A DNA stretch of 63,357 bases, filler included, from Octopus bimaculoides (taxonomy: Eukaryota), in NCBI RefSeq assembly GCF_001194135.2. It is 4 parts of 3 records of this genome, joined end to end, with 100 filler letters (N's around TTAATTAATTAA, not from the genome) between each part and the next. Parts side by side here need not be neighbours in the genome. Positions count along the whole stretch, not along the records: positions 37,126 to 49,054 come from NC_068983.1; positions 49,155 to 63,357 come from NC_068985.1; 2 more parts are not named here. One strand, 5' to 3'. The position numbers were made by a program, and so were the translations under genes. The notes below the pieces were generated by a model. That model worked only from the letters and a program-made list of their open reading frames with translations, was not told where the DNA came from and did no database searches. This document shows positions 37,173-50,283 of this stretch, in pieces; position 1 is the first letter of the stretch; each line of letters opens with the position of its first letter.

Positions 37173-37689
37173 TATAGATCCCATGTCATAGCACCAGATA
37201 TTTCTTCTTTATATAAATGTGTGTGTGAGCTTAGCAAAGACTCAAGTTTTCGCAAGATTGAAAGAAGCTAGGGCCTTGGTATCTTGTGAGAAATGGCCTT
37301 GTTCGACATACAGAAAAGTAGTAGGTATAAACTTCATATTCTGTTCCTAATGAACACACAAGTGATGTTGTTGTGTCACAGGTTGACTAACACAGAATGT
37401 AATCTATCTTTGTGACATATCTATTGGAGCAATACATACTATTAGCACACTGGAAAAAAATTTTCTGGATGACCCACAAATAGTTGTTGATGACTTTTAT
37501 TATGTAAAAGATGTAATTAGTAGGGGAGATGGTTGCTAGAAAAGGATAGTAGTCAGGACAAGAACATGTGGAATGAAGTTTAGGAATCTCCTGCCACAAA
37601 TGGCAGTGAAGGTTTTTTTCTCTTTGTACGAAGAGCAGATGCTTGTATTAGAACTGCTGAATGTAGAGGACTCAAGTAGATGGGAAAAA

Positions 37690-37980
37690 AAATGAAGCAA
37701 TCATGTTCTGGTGGATGTGCAATGTGAGTGTGTGTGAAGGACATAGTATAGATGTGTTGAGAGAAAAACTTGGCACAAGAGGGAATTATTTGTGGTGTGC
37801 AAAAAGAAGATTATGTTGGTACGGTCATGCAATGAATGTGAATGAGGATGGCTGTATGAAGAAGGGCCAGTCAATGTGGATAGAACTTGTGGAAGAGGGA
37901 GACCCAGGAAAACATAGGAGAAAAGGATGAAGGCTGATCTTTGAACCTTGGACCTTGTGGATAAAGGAGTTGGATGACTG
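37690..37980 (+). mobile_element. RTE-clade LINE 3' fragment
   Basis: MCNVSV..LREKLG..RRLCWYGHAMNVNEDGCMKK..GRPRKT. Confidence 0.75.
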
Positions 37981-38298
37981 GCGAGATGCAATTCTCAAGA
38001 TCTGCCCAATTTAGCAAAACTAAGTTCTGGAAGTATTGTGTGCATGCATGCACACACATGCATGCGCATGCACATACACACACACACGTACAACTGGGCC
38101 CTTTGCCCAATTTCCTCCCCAATGTGCCAGATTGTGAATGGCATGCTATACAAACCTATCAGACTATTATTTTATCTGATGATGAAACTTAAAGTAGTTC
38201 ATGTATAACTCCTGTATTCAGTAAATGATGTATAAAAACACTGTTGAATGTTTTGGCTGCAACACACCCAGGAAAGACCTATTATGATATACCCAGTG

Positions 38299-38405
<107 letters not shown>

Positions 38406-38567
38406 TGTGTGTTGTTAAGAAGTTTGCTTTACATGCACTGGTTTTGGATTCAATTCCACTGCAGTGTACTTTGAATCTTCTTTGATAGCCTCTGCCTGAC
38501 CAAAGCCTTCTAAGTATATCTGGTAGATAGAAACTGTGTGGAAGCATGTCTTGCACATACACATGTG

Positions 38568-38614
<47 letters not shown>

Positions 38615-39064
38615 GAAATAGAGTGCAAAAACTACAGAAGACTTGTGTTATATGGTCAAAAAATATATTTAAATTGTAATGTTAGGAAAATGTTATANNN
38701 NNNNNNNNNNNNNNNNNNNNNNNNNNNNNNNNNNNNNNNNNNNNNNNNNNNNNNNNNNNNNNNNNNNNNNNNNNNNNNNNNNNNNNNNNNNNNNNNNNNN
38801 NNNNNNNNNNNNNNNNNNNNNNNNNNNNNNNNNNNNNNNNNNNNNNNNNNNNNNNNNNNNNNNNNNNNNNNNNNNNNNNNNNNNNNNNNNNNNNNNNNNN
38901 NNNNNNNNNNNNNNNNNNNNNNNNNNNNNNNNNNNNNNNNNNNNNNNNNNNNNNNNNNNNNNNNNNNNNNNNNNNNNNNNNNNNNNNNNNNNNNNNNNNN
39001 NNNNNNNNNNNNNNNNNNNNNNNNNNNNNNNNNNNNNNNNNNNNNNNNNNNNNNNNNNNNNNNC

Positions 39065-39600
39065 TACATAAGGACCCCAAATTAAAGGAAATTTTACATG
39101 CACATAAGATCATTAAAAGCCACAAACAACCAAAATCACTAAAAAAGATCCTCACAAAGGCAAAATTATTTTCTAAAATAACAGATGCAAAAGTGAAAAA
39201 ACGTGGTTGACCAAATTGTGCAACATTCCCAAACCTTCTAGAAGGATCAGAATTCCTTTTCAAAGAGGGACAAAAATTCAAAATTAAATCTGACTTTACT
39301 TGTGCCTCAGAAAACCTGATTTATGTTATAAGATGCTCGGGCTGCCACCAAAACTACATAGGGATTATCGCTCAGACGCAGATGCACTCTGCATCGACAG
39401 CAGATAGCATTTTCAGAATACAGAATGATACCCTTTAGTGAACATATTGAGAAATGCGCCAAGCAACTGCTACCACAATTTGTAATCTTTCCATTCTATC
39501 AATGTGCATTGGAACACCGATACGAGTTAGATTAAATAAGAAAACCTTCCTCATTGAAAAATATAAGCCAAAACTTAACCATTTCTAGCAATTCTAAATA
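39065..39600 (+). pseudogene. PLE GIY-YIG fragment with CCHH-type zinc motif (Neptune-like)
   Basis: LHKDPKLKEIL..KQPKSLKKILTKAK..FTCASENLIYVIRCSGCHQNYIG, frameshifted downstream. Homologous to 61735-62383. Confidence 0.85.
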
Positions 39601-39826
39601 AGGAAACTTACCTCATTGAAATAAATATAAAGCAAAACTTAACCACTTCTAACATTCTATTCTTTCTAAACCAAATCCTGTTAAATTAACAAAACCTTTC
39701 CCAACATTTTTGATTATCTCCCTTATACCGAAAAAATCCCTGATTGCCCTGTCTGGAACTCTCATACTTCACTTCATAGCGAAGAACATTTTTACATAAT
39801 TTCGACAACAATTTGTTCACCGCACC

Positions 39827-39872
<46 letters not shown>

Positions 39873-40509
39873 TCAGGGACCTGTTAATATATACATTTAT
39901 ATAAAATATAGAGAATTATCATATAAACTCTCCTTCAGCTATTTCTATTAAAAATGTGGAATGGTTACTCTTCTTGTGGTTCTTCAAATATTTTCTGTCT
40001 GGATTCTAACTTTACAACTTAACAAAACAAGAAAAACTAGAGATCATCTGGTAACCCACAAGTAATTTAATTCCATGAAAACCAATCGTAATTGGTGTGG
40101 AGGTTTCATTAAATGTTTCTTTTTCACAATTTTTTCACAATATCTTTGAGCTATATTATACGACTCCGACCAATATTGCAATGTATTCAATGAGAATGTT
40201 GTATCAAGAAGAAAAATCTTAGCAAACCAATTCCACTTGAAATATTGATATATTTAGTCATGTGTTTGTTGTTGTTGTTGTTGTTGTTTATTGGTTTAGC
40301 ACTTGATGGTGTGCCTCAGATGTTGTTCCAGGCTACCAAACTCTCTGTGAATGTTGTGTTGAATGGTAGCCAAATAAATTGAGATAGATTCGAGAAATAA
40401 TGGATTCCTTGCAGTACAAATGAATTTTTTGTTTCTTCATATTTTTATCCCTGAACAGGTTTTCTCTTTCAGTAAGAGTTGCTAATGAAAGACATCTTAA
40501 TTACAAAAA

Positions 40510-40745
40510 CTTTAAAACCTGGCACTTTGTCAGTTACGATGATAAGTGTTTCAGTTGATCCGATCTACAGAACAACCTGCTTGTGAAATTACCTTCAAGT
40601 GGCTGAGCACTCCACAAACATGTACCCTTTAACAAAGTTCTCAGGGAGATTCAGTGTGACACAGAGTGTGACAAGGCTGCCCTTTGAATTACTGGTACTA
40701 CTCATTTTTGCCAGCAGAGTGGACTGGAGCAATGTGAAATAAAGT
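40510..40745 (-). mobile_element. SINE related to family C (3' half)
   Basis: gttgatccgatc..acctgcttgtgaaatt..aagtggctgagcactccaca..tgtacccttt is the reverse complement of 5380-5520. Confidence 0.75.
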
Positions 40746-40969
40746 GCTGAGAATTGAACTGATGACTTAATGATTGTGAGATGAATACCCCTAACCATTA
40801 AGCCACACACCTTCATGAAAACTGGTGCTCCATCGGTTATGAGAATGAGCGTTCCAGTTGATCTTTTATAAAAAGTATAAAAGCGGGATGGAGATAGGTA
40901 TTTTGCTGAAGAAGAGATACAAGGATAACCCAGCTGGAAAGCAAACGAAAGGGTTGAGGGAAAGATAGA

Positions 40970-41240
40970 TAGATAAATTGATAGATCGATAGATGGATAG
41001 ATGGATGGATAGATGGATATATTGATAGATAGATAGATTGATAGATAGATAGATAGATAGATGGATTGATAGATAGATGGATTGGTAGATAGATGGATAG
41101 ATTGATTGATGGATAGATGGATAGATTGATAGATAAATGGATAGATGGATGGATAGATTGATAGATGGATTGATAGATAGATGGATAGATTAATGGATAG
41201 ATAGATGGGTAGATTGATTGATAGATAGATAGATAGAGAA
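40970..41240. repeat. (GATA/GATG)n compound microsatellite
   Basis: Direct read. It explains ORFs 40595..41398 and 40837..41274. Confidence 0.95.
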
Positions 41241-42659
41241 TGAGAGATATGGAGGTGGAGATGTGTTGGGACATATTTGGCTTTATTCACCCCCAACTGT
41301 ACACTCAAAGTACAGTTGGGAGTGAATAGAGGTGAAGTGACATAGAGGACTAGACTGTGTAAGTGGGCAGGGTGGTATAGAACGGAGGTTTTATACAAGT
41401 GTTAGAAGAGATGGGATAGAGGTGACTGTAGCAAGTGATGGTGAGAGATATAGGAGTGGTTCGGTGGGGCTGTGGTAGATATGCGAGGGCATTGAGAGCA
41501 ATGGAAAGATAAGAGAGGTGTAAAGGATGGAATATAGCAGAGGGAAGAGAGCAGGGGCTAAATGCACAGGAAGGAGGTGATTGGTGGAAATTGTGGCCTA
41601 GGAAGATAAGGATAAATAGAAGTGGTTCTGAGAGGTAGTGGAGGAGTGATGGGATGTAGTATGTGCCTAGTGTGTTCTCAGGTGATGTTTGGATATTTGG
41701 TTTAATCTATTTCAAGAAACAGGTGGACAGGTAGAAAAAATGTGACTCTCTTGGGTTACAAAAGCACCATTTGGAAATTTCTGGAGCAAGTCAATTTGTA
41801 TGGCTCCGATGCCGCTGCCCTCTGACTAGCTCCTGTGCAAGAGGCACATAAAATCATCCACTACACTCTCGGAGTGGTTGGCATTAGGGAGGTCATCCAG
41901 TTGAAGGGCTTCCAGATCAGATTGAAGTCTGGTGCAGCCGCTGGCTTTCCTGACCTCAGTCAAACCATCTAACCCATGCCAGCATGGAAAACGGACGTTA
42001 AATGATGATGGTGATGATGATGATGATAATGATGATGATACTGACCTTCCTGAGGCTGATTCAGTTACCTTCAAAGACTTTGTCCAATGTAGTGAGAGTT
42101 GTTATTTAATTCCAGTCAACCTTGATGAAGAAAAAATACAATCAAAAGTTTTTCAAGTCATGATCATTCCAGCTTTTTCCCAAATATATCTAGGAGTACA
42201 TTAATCAATGTATTGTTCCCATGAGCAGGGTGTGCTTTGAGGGAAATCTAGTTAATATCTCTATCATAGGGCTTCCTCGTCGTTTGGTTACCTGAAGTAA
42301 ATTATCCTGGTGGACTCCTTTTATTTTTTAATTCACAGACCTAAGGAGCAAAACAAGATTTATTCTGTGCTTTGAAGGTAACAGATTCAGCTGTTTGAGT
42401 TTAGTGTATGTCTGTGTGTGTGTGTATGTAATTAACCTTAATGATATTTTAAAAAGACAGATCTGTACACACAATGGACAGATGATCAAACATAAATGTA
42501 GAAGAAAGGGACATGTCCCCAAAAGTCAAAGGCCTGTCATGGATTTGAACCCCCAACTCATTGATTAATGGTTGTTAAGGATTTATTCAGTTTTTTTTTT
42601 CATTTTTAGATAATATTAGTCTACATTGCTTTATAAGGAGCATAAGTCTAGTTCCCCAG

Positions 42660-42858
42660 TTTCTCTGGAACATACATCTTCCTCACCTGGACAGGATGCT
42701 GGTCTGTCACAAGATTACTCTTTTTTGCCAGACTGGAGCAAGTGTGAAATGAAGAGTCTTGCTCAAAGACACAACATGTCACCCGATCCAGGAATTGAAA
42801 CCACAATCTTATGATCATGAGTCCAACACTCTAACCACCAAGCCATGCACCTCCGCAT
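42660..42858 (-). mobile_element. tRNA-derived SINE with V-SINE-like central block
   Basis: Minus strand TGGCTTGGTGG A-box, GGTTTCAATTCC B-box, GTGTCTTTGAGCAAGAC, and TGTGACAGACCAGCATCCTGTCCAGG (V-domain-like, from recall). Confidence 0.65.
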
Positions 42859-43713
42859 AAGGAGGAAGTGAAATTGCTGGCCCAGGATTTGAAGCTTTAA
42901 AACTGTGTCACCTCACTCTCTGTCCCGATCTGTGTGTCTGTCTCTGTCTGTCTGTCTCTCTCTCTCTCTTTCCCTGTCCTTGTTTGCCTGTCTGTCTCTC
43001 AGAAGAGTACCACCATCATACGGTGCTAACTCAGTGGAATACAATTATTGTTGGTGAAAGACAATAAAACAGACATTCTTAAGGAATATTAGACGTAACT
43101 CAATTATTGCAAATCAAATTAAAATGATTTTAGTTGAGACAAAAGAATTGTATTTATTTTTCAGTCAGAGAAGTTAAAACATTTTCATCAGCTTGCTTTG
43201 TTATTGATAATTTTCAATCAAAGATATTGTAATCATTTAACATTGCAGGTGTTTTACAGAGAAACCAAATTTTATGCATTTAAATTAAATGATTTTATTA
43301 TTCTAAGAACATTGGTGAGCTCTTTTCTTCTGAAGACGGTTGCACATTTACCTGGTTAAATAAGAGCAGAAGAGTTTAGTTCCTATCACTGGTGTTATTG
43401 CTAATTTTTTTAAAAAGCAGATCTTGGGGTGAGAAGAGAAGTCACTGAGTCACTGAAAAGGTTGTGAAGAGCAACAAAAGAATTCTGACTGTTTAACCAA
43501 CATATTAAACAGCCAGTTGATTAGTTAGTTGGTTAGATATTTAACCAATTGACTAACAATAAAGAAGTGATATTGAACCTGTGTGTGTGTTATTATTGGT
43601 GTAATGACTCACCCAAGACACAAAAATATTATTTTCAATCTTTACAGTTAGTTTTGTTTCATTTTGAAAAATAAGAAAATATTTTATGGTTTATAATTGT
43701 TTATATTTTGAAT

Positions 43714-43744
<31 letters not shown>

Positions 43745-45002
43745 GGGGACACCAAAATCTTGTAAGTGCTTAGGGCCTCTATGGGTCTTAATCCAGCCCT
43801 GAGTGGTGGTGGTGATACTGGATTGAATGTGTGACAGAATACAGTTTTGTCCTTTTTTTTTTTAAAGTAGACAGAACTTTATTTGCCATTAATTCAGTTA
43901 TATAAAGAAAAAAATAATTGAATGAATAATATCAGTTCAATTTTTCTTCAATGAAACAAAAAGTTATCAATCTGTGGTTCAATGCGGAAAAAAATGTTTT
44001 TAATGTACATTGTGAGGAATTCCTAAAGGACTTTACTGCTGGAAACCCTATAAAAATTATGCAGAGGGTTTGAAATCACGTCTGTCTGGTTGCTAGTTCA
44101 ACATTATCCAACTGGTTATTTCATGTTTTCAGTTTGTGGTGGCTGATGAGAATTTTTCTAGAATGGAAAACTATCCGTCTCCATATTCTTCATTCATTCT
44201 GTATGACTACCAGTTCTATCCACTTGTTTAACGCCAGACAGTATCTCAAGAGTCTCAACGAGATTCTTGCTGCTCCACTTGAAAACTTCAATTTAAGAAA
44301 CAATGGTTTTGTATTTTCTGTGTTTTGTGAAGAAGAATTTCTGAACGAAATTGAATACCATCTTATAAGAGTTATATGTCATGGATTTATAAATTATAAA
44401 TGACTCAAATATATTTGGCTCCATTATAACCATTATCTGTTGAGATTATTAAAGAGGTGTGACATTGACAAAATAGCAAACAAAAAACAACAAAAGAAAG
44501 ACATAAAAGAACAACATGCTTGTCAATCAAAAAAAGACATTTTTATTTTTATCTCATCCAGACACCAATTTTGTATTTTATTTTTACCTCTATATTTTTC
44601 TTCGAGATTATTATACTTTCTGTTAAATGATGGTTTCCATTGTATGGCAGCATCTCGTAAGAGGTACTCCATTAACCTTGCAATTCCATAAGACCTACTC
44701 CATTAACCTAGCAGTCTCAAAGAACTGCACCAATCAATCGTTTTGCTTCTATTTTATTTTTTCCTACTTCAAATTTTCTCCCTGAAATATGTGAAGTTGA
44801 AAGAGACCCTATCTTGTTTATTTCTCCTCTTTTCCAAACTCCCAGACATCTCTTTAACATTATCAGAGAACTTTATTTAGGTTTGGCATAAAAGTCTTCC
44901 TATATGTAAGTTACTGACTAAATATTGTGGTCTGCAAACAACACACCAGGGACAGAAACATTAAGTGAATTAATTAATAGAAGCTGAATTAATAGCAAAA
45001 AC

Positions 45003-45525
45003 GTAATACTTATTCTCCTTTAGAAATAGATGTTGTGTTAGAAGACAGAATACCATGAGAGAAACTCTCATATGGACATGTGTGGAGAAATAGAAGCAGT
45101 TTTGTTTACGTTGCTAGTGGTAGATAACCACCATTGCCACCACCAGGACTACCAGATCAGGTAATTTTGGCCTTCCTTAGCCTTGTCAATGGTAGATACC
45201 CTAAAATTGAAAGCAACAATTTCTCCACTAGTGATATACATAGAATCTCAGTGTCTAACCAGGAACTGGTATCGTGAATAGCCAGTGGGCTTCTTAAAAA
45301 ATAATAGCGACAGAAGCAGTATTAACAAATCTTGATCCCCACTTAAAAGTAGACGTTATGTTAGAACACAGAATACTGCGATGGTGGTTGATTGTCCCCT
45401 GCTAGCAATATAAACAAGAGTGCTTATATGCACCACAAGTCCATATGAGAGATTCTCTCATGGTAACTATTGCAATATTGCTTGTTCTAACACAACAACC
45501 ACTTTTAAATGGGGATAAATATTAC
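45003..45525. mobile_element. MITE / foldback-like element with ~85-bp diverged inverted ends
   Basis: 45003-45082 is inverted relative to 45434-45525, each containing the hairpin ATGAGAG-nnn-CTCTCAT. A partial direct copy lies at 45336-45376. Confidence 0.65.
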
Positions 45526-45649
45526 CATTGAGTGAATTATTTTAAAGTTCTCGGAGTATACAGAAGTCTACATCGATTTTTAGTTGTGTAACATTAGGAA
45601 AGATGGTGACTAGAATGATTGTTGAGAATTAGACAAACATATATAAAGA

Positions 45650-45765
45650 AACCGATAGAATAAGTACTAGGCTTACAAGGAATAAGTCCTGGGATCGACT
45701 TCCTTGACTAAAGGCGGTGCTCCAGCATGGCTGCAGTCAAATGACTTAAACAAGTAAAAGAGTAA
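45650..45765 (+). mobile_element. SINE family A tail
   Basis: accgatagaataagtactaggcttacaaggaataagtcctgggatcga...aaaggcggtgctccagcatgg. Confidence 0.85.
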
Positions 45766-47073
45766 TGATGCTTATATATGTCTGTATGTATAAAGATACA
45801 AGCTACTAATAGTTTCATGCACTGGAGACATGATTCTCGGCAGGTTTTTATAACATGCCTTGTGTCTCCAAGCAATCTTCAGGTGACACAAGGCATGTTA
45901 ACCTGCCAAGACAGATCTCTTTGCAGCAAGAAACTACTAGTAGCTCTTATCTTTATAAAACTAAATGATATGTGTATACATAGAAGTTTTTCGATCTGGT
46001 ACATGCCTATATTTTAGACACAGAAATAGGGTATTGAAGTTGTCATAGCTTTCTCAGCAACTTTTATTGGCATTCCTGAAAGTCAGCTTACATCTACCAA
46101 GGGCCATATGAACTCCGGTTGAGTACCACTGGTTTAGAGGAAATTATTGCAGAGATTTCATAATAGCGTTGTTAGTCCAGGAAGATGTATGTTTATGGCA
46201 CCAAATGTTGGACAGAGATTTGAGAGAAATAACAGTGAATTAGCTGTCAATTGAGATCGGATCTGATTCCTCTAACTTTCGTATGAAACAACTGTTTCAT
46301 CATCGTCGTCGTCGCTTCGAAAGCGTTGTCGTTGCTAACGTATTGAAGAGAATATTAACGTTAGGTGTGTGAATACAAGTTTTCCATTCAAAACGGAAAT
46401 ATAAATTCACAATGTTGACACTTGTGTGAACTCATTCCACAAAACCTTTTGAGCTGGAAGTAGTTTTAGAAATTACAAGAAATATAGTTATTCGATTATT
46501 TTGCATTAATTATCTCTGTACGCGATAAGAAGGTTAATTTGGTCGTTAGTTAAACACAAGCAAGAATATGTATTATTCAAAATTCATAGCCATGCATCTT
46601 CACTACATCGGGCGTCATTACATCTAACACTAATAACAGAGATTCATTGTTTTTATAGGTGGCGTTAGTGTTGTACAATTAATTGATTTCTATTGTTAGT
46701 GTTTCATTAAGTTCTGCTGTCTGTCCAAGAACGAGAGAAGTGAGTTTCCTTGTGAAAGTGTGTTGGTAGAATCGATTATAATTTGGTGAAGTTATCATTT
46801 AGTTCAAAGACGTGGAATGTGAATTTAGGTGTCGAGGGAAGGAACGTTCGGGGAAGGAACGTTCCAGGAAGGGATCTTGGGGCGATGATGACCTTCGCGG
46901 TGCACATTTTGTTTTTAATTTACTCCAAAATATACCAGAGACAAAGTTTAATTGGGAGAGAACAGAGGCATTCTGAACAAATACAAAATGAAACCAGAAT
47001 GTCAAAAGTTCATATCCAGTGATTACCAATTCACCGTGTCCATAGATATACCATTTAACTTCCAAACGTTTTC

Positions 47074-47089
47074 GGCCATCTAGTGGCGG
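47074..47089 (-). promoter_or_regulatory. Candidate CTCF-binding site
   Basis: Minus strand CCGCCACTAGATGGCC matches the CCACYAGRKGGC core; lies in non-repetitive sequence. Confidence 0.4.
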
Positions 47090-48302
47090 TAGCACTGTAT
47101 AACTAATGAGTGTTTTGTTAGCTTTCAGGATTGAAATTGGAAGAAAAAATATGCATGGGTTCCAGTGATTGAAGAATTCAAAGCTTCCCTCCATAAAATA
47201 AACAAGATGGAAATGACTCACAGATATTTAATGTTGTCGAGATAAATCTCATCATCTGATGGATCGGAGAAGTGGAAGAGGAAACTGTGAAGACACTTAG
47301 AAAGAAATTAGGTGATTAAGGGACAAAGGAAAGCGTGTGGGAGACATTAGAGATCACTGGGGTACAATAGAGTTGATAGTTTAGATGGTGCAGGTCGTCA
47401 TGAGACACCTAATATGACTCTCAGAAGGCTGTAATTTCGCTGGTAGTAAACCCGGATGAAAAACATATACAAGCAAGGTTGTAACTTAAACCCGTTTATT
47501 GTGGCCACACGTATATACACAATGGAATGATAAATAGAATGGTTGGTGTGTAAAGGCCATGGTCTTCTGTGCTATGCTGCTAGCTGGTGGGTGTTGAGAG
47601 AGAGGCTAGATCACATCTTTACAGTTCGAGGTCCCAGTGCAGAAAGTGGAAGAGATGAGGTCATGTGTCTGAACCTTAATGTTGTGTAACTGCCTCTATC
47701 TCGGTATAGCCAGCTTGTTTACCCGCTGTCAAGGGAGGCGGGTAATGCGCCTACAATAGAATATGGGCAGAGATGTCAGAAGTTAAGGCCATAAAAGCTG
47801 TAGTTGATGAAGAGAAAGACACACGGACATGTTTTCATAGACTGGGATAAATATTGGTAGAGATTGACGAGGATAGGAACTGTTTTGGAGTAGAAAATGG
47901 TTTGAAGGCCAAGGTAGAAATGGAGTGAGGATTGATTACTTCGTTGCTGATTTTAGAATGATTGCAGAAGATTTAGCTTCAGGGTCAGTCATAATGAAAC
48001 ATAAACCTACAGTCAATGGTGACTCGATCTCCTGTGACTTTACCGTAGAAAACAATGGAACGTAATAAGATTATAAGGTTTGGGTTTCGGCTGAGTAATG
48101 AAGCAAAATAAATCCATTAGGCAGATTTTCTATCTTAGAAAATACCAACCATGCAAGGTCTTCTTACTTCGCTTGTTATAACCTCAGGTTTTCTAGACTG
48201 AAATTGTGAATGAAAGAAAATTTATGAAATGTATTCACGCAGTAACTACTGGTGGTCAATGGGAAACAGCTACACACGCATACACACACGCGCGTTCGCA
48301 CG

Positions 48303-48365
<63 letters not shown>

Positions 48366-48499
48366 CTAAAATTTAAATTCTGTGTGTTTCCTGGCTTGTT
48401 TTTGTGACTAAATTACGACGCATTGTCGAGATAAAATGTTACTACCTATGTATTCTTAGACATAAACCTTTGTGCCTGAAAAACTATAATATATATATA

Positions 48500-48690
48500 T
48501 ATATATTTTGTCACAAAGCCAGCAATTTTGAGGGAGTCGGTAAGTCGATTACATCGACCCCAGTGTTCAATTGGTCGTTATTTTATTGACCCTGGAAGGA
48601 AGACAGGCAAAGTCGGCCTTGGTGGCATTTGAACTCAGAATGTAAAGACAGACGAAATGCCGCTAAACATTTTGCCTGATGTGTAAGCGA
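48500..48690 (-). mobile_element. SINE family B
   Basis: agtcgattacatcgaccccagtg...aggcaaagtcggccttggtggcatttgaactcaga. Confidence 0.8.
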
Positions 48691-48734
48691 TTGTTATAAT
48701 ATATATATTACGTTATAATATATAGATATATATA

Positions 48735-49014
48735 TATGGGAGAATTTACGAAAAAAGCAACAACAGACGAGGACAGGTGGTGTAAACAACAAAATGATGT
48801 ATTAGTTTAACGTTCGGGAATAGAGAAAGTCTTTAACGTTTCGAGCTACGCTCTTCAACAGAAAGAAATAAGGAGAAAAACAAGGAGAAAAAATTTAAAT
48901 GTCGTGGTCAGCGATCTATCATGGCGACCGCCGGACAGAAGTTCACACAGGAGAGCTAAGAAAAAGGGGAGATAACAAACGGTGAAAGAAGCGGTGAACC
49001 CAAATACGAGAAGC

Positions 49015-49020
<6 letters not shown>
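48735..49020 (-). mobile_element. PLE family 2 terminus
   Basis: Reverse complement aligns to 15930-16200; bounded by (TA)n and (TG)n. Confidence 0.75.
48830..48866 (-). ncRNA. Minimal hammerhead with CUGUUGA core (A6U variant)
   Basis: Stem I UCUUU/AAAGA, CUGUUGA, A, stem II GAGC-gua-GCUC, GAAA, palindromic AACGUU. Confidence 0.55.
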
Positions 49021-49054
<34 letters not shown>

Positions 49055-49358
49055 NNNNNNNNNNNNNNNNNNNNNNNNNNNNNNNNNNNNNNNNNNNNTT
49101 AATTAATTAANNNNNNNNNNNNNNNNNNNNNNNNNNNNNNNNNNNNNNNNNNNNAGTTAGGTGACACAAGAAAGGGACAAGAAGACATCCAGAATTACAA
49201 TACAAAGGAAACAAGAACAGGTCATTCGGAATTTTCTTTCATCAGTCGAGATCCAGATTATCTTTGCAATTTCGGCTTGTTATATTTTATATTGCTCCAA
49301 TCTGGCCAGCATCAAGGAAAAAAACTAAGCTATGAGCATTAGATTCCTTGGAAGAAAG

Positions 49359-49405
<47 letters not shown>

Positions 49406-50172
49406 GGAGAAAGAAAGAGTGAGAGGAGAGGGAGAGAGAGAGAATGGAGAGAGGGGCAGCATACTTTTTCTTATATAGTCTTTCTTCAGAGATGTGCTAT
49501 TACCATCTTTTCCTGTTCTTGTACGCTCTCTATTCTCCTAAAATTTTCAAGCGAATATACACACATGTATATCACACTCCCACCGCTGTAATTACACCTG
49601 TCAATTCAACGTCATTTCGTATAACAAGTTATCCAGTATCTGACCTCGACTATAAAACGATATCAATGTACTCTTGGAGACAGTGCGACAGCCATGATTA
49701 CTGAATTTGTGTCACAGTTGCTGCCATTCCTTCCCATGCACCATAACTCCAACTAGACAACTCTACCAGCCCATATCTTCAATATTATGACTGATCACCA
49801 CTCCACAGACATCACCACCATTATCGTAATGTCAATTTTGAATGTAACTAACAAGGAACAAAAAGATATTCAAAAAAATACAATCATAAAAATATAAGAA
49901 ATGAAAAATCTTCATAAACAAACCACAGCACAAAAGAATAAAAAAGCACGAATGTTAATCCGAAAAGAACACTTCCTTTCCAATTGAAAGTAGATGAATT
50001 TTGGCACCAGAAACATCACATCCATCATCATCGTCATCATCATCTTCACAGCAGTCGCCACCGCTGTTATCGTCGACTTTGACGAATTAGTCGTCACCAT
50101 CGTTGTGATACCGTTATCATCATCATCATCAGCAGTTGTTGAATCATCATCATAAGTCTCACTGATTTAAAA

Positions 50173-50283
50173 TTCTTCTTCTTCTTCTTCTTCTTCTTCT
50201 TCTTCTTCTTCTTCTTCTTCTTCTTCTTCTTCTTCTTCTTCTTCTTCTTCTTCTTCTTCTTCTTCTTCTTCTTCTTCTTCTTC
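50173..50283. repeat. Pure (CTT)n microsatellite, about 37 units
   Basis: Direct read. Confidence 0.95.

Noticed and set aside
47481-47754. Possible solo LTR (TG...CA with minus-strand AATAAA)
   Set aside because: No target-site duplication, no terminal inverted match beyond 2-3 bp and no second copy in the window.
49215-49310. Minus-strand CTGATGA AAGAAAATTCC GAAT and CTTGATG..GCCGAAA motifs
   Set aside because: GAAA is replaced by GAAT in one, the CUGA core is missing in the other, and no stem I is found. Possibly a decayed PLE end, but unsupported.
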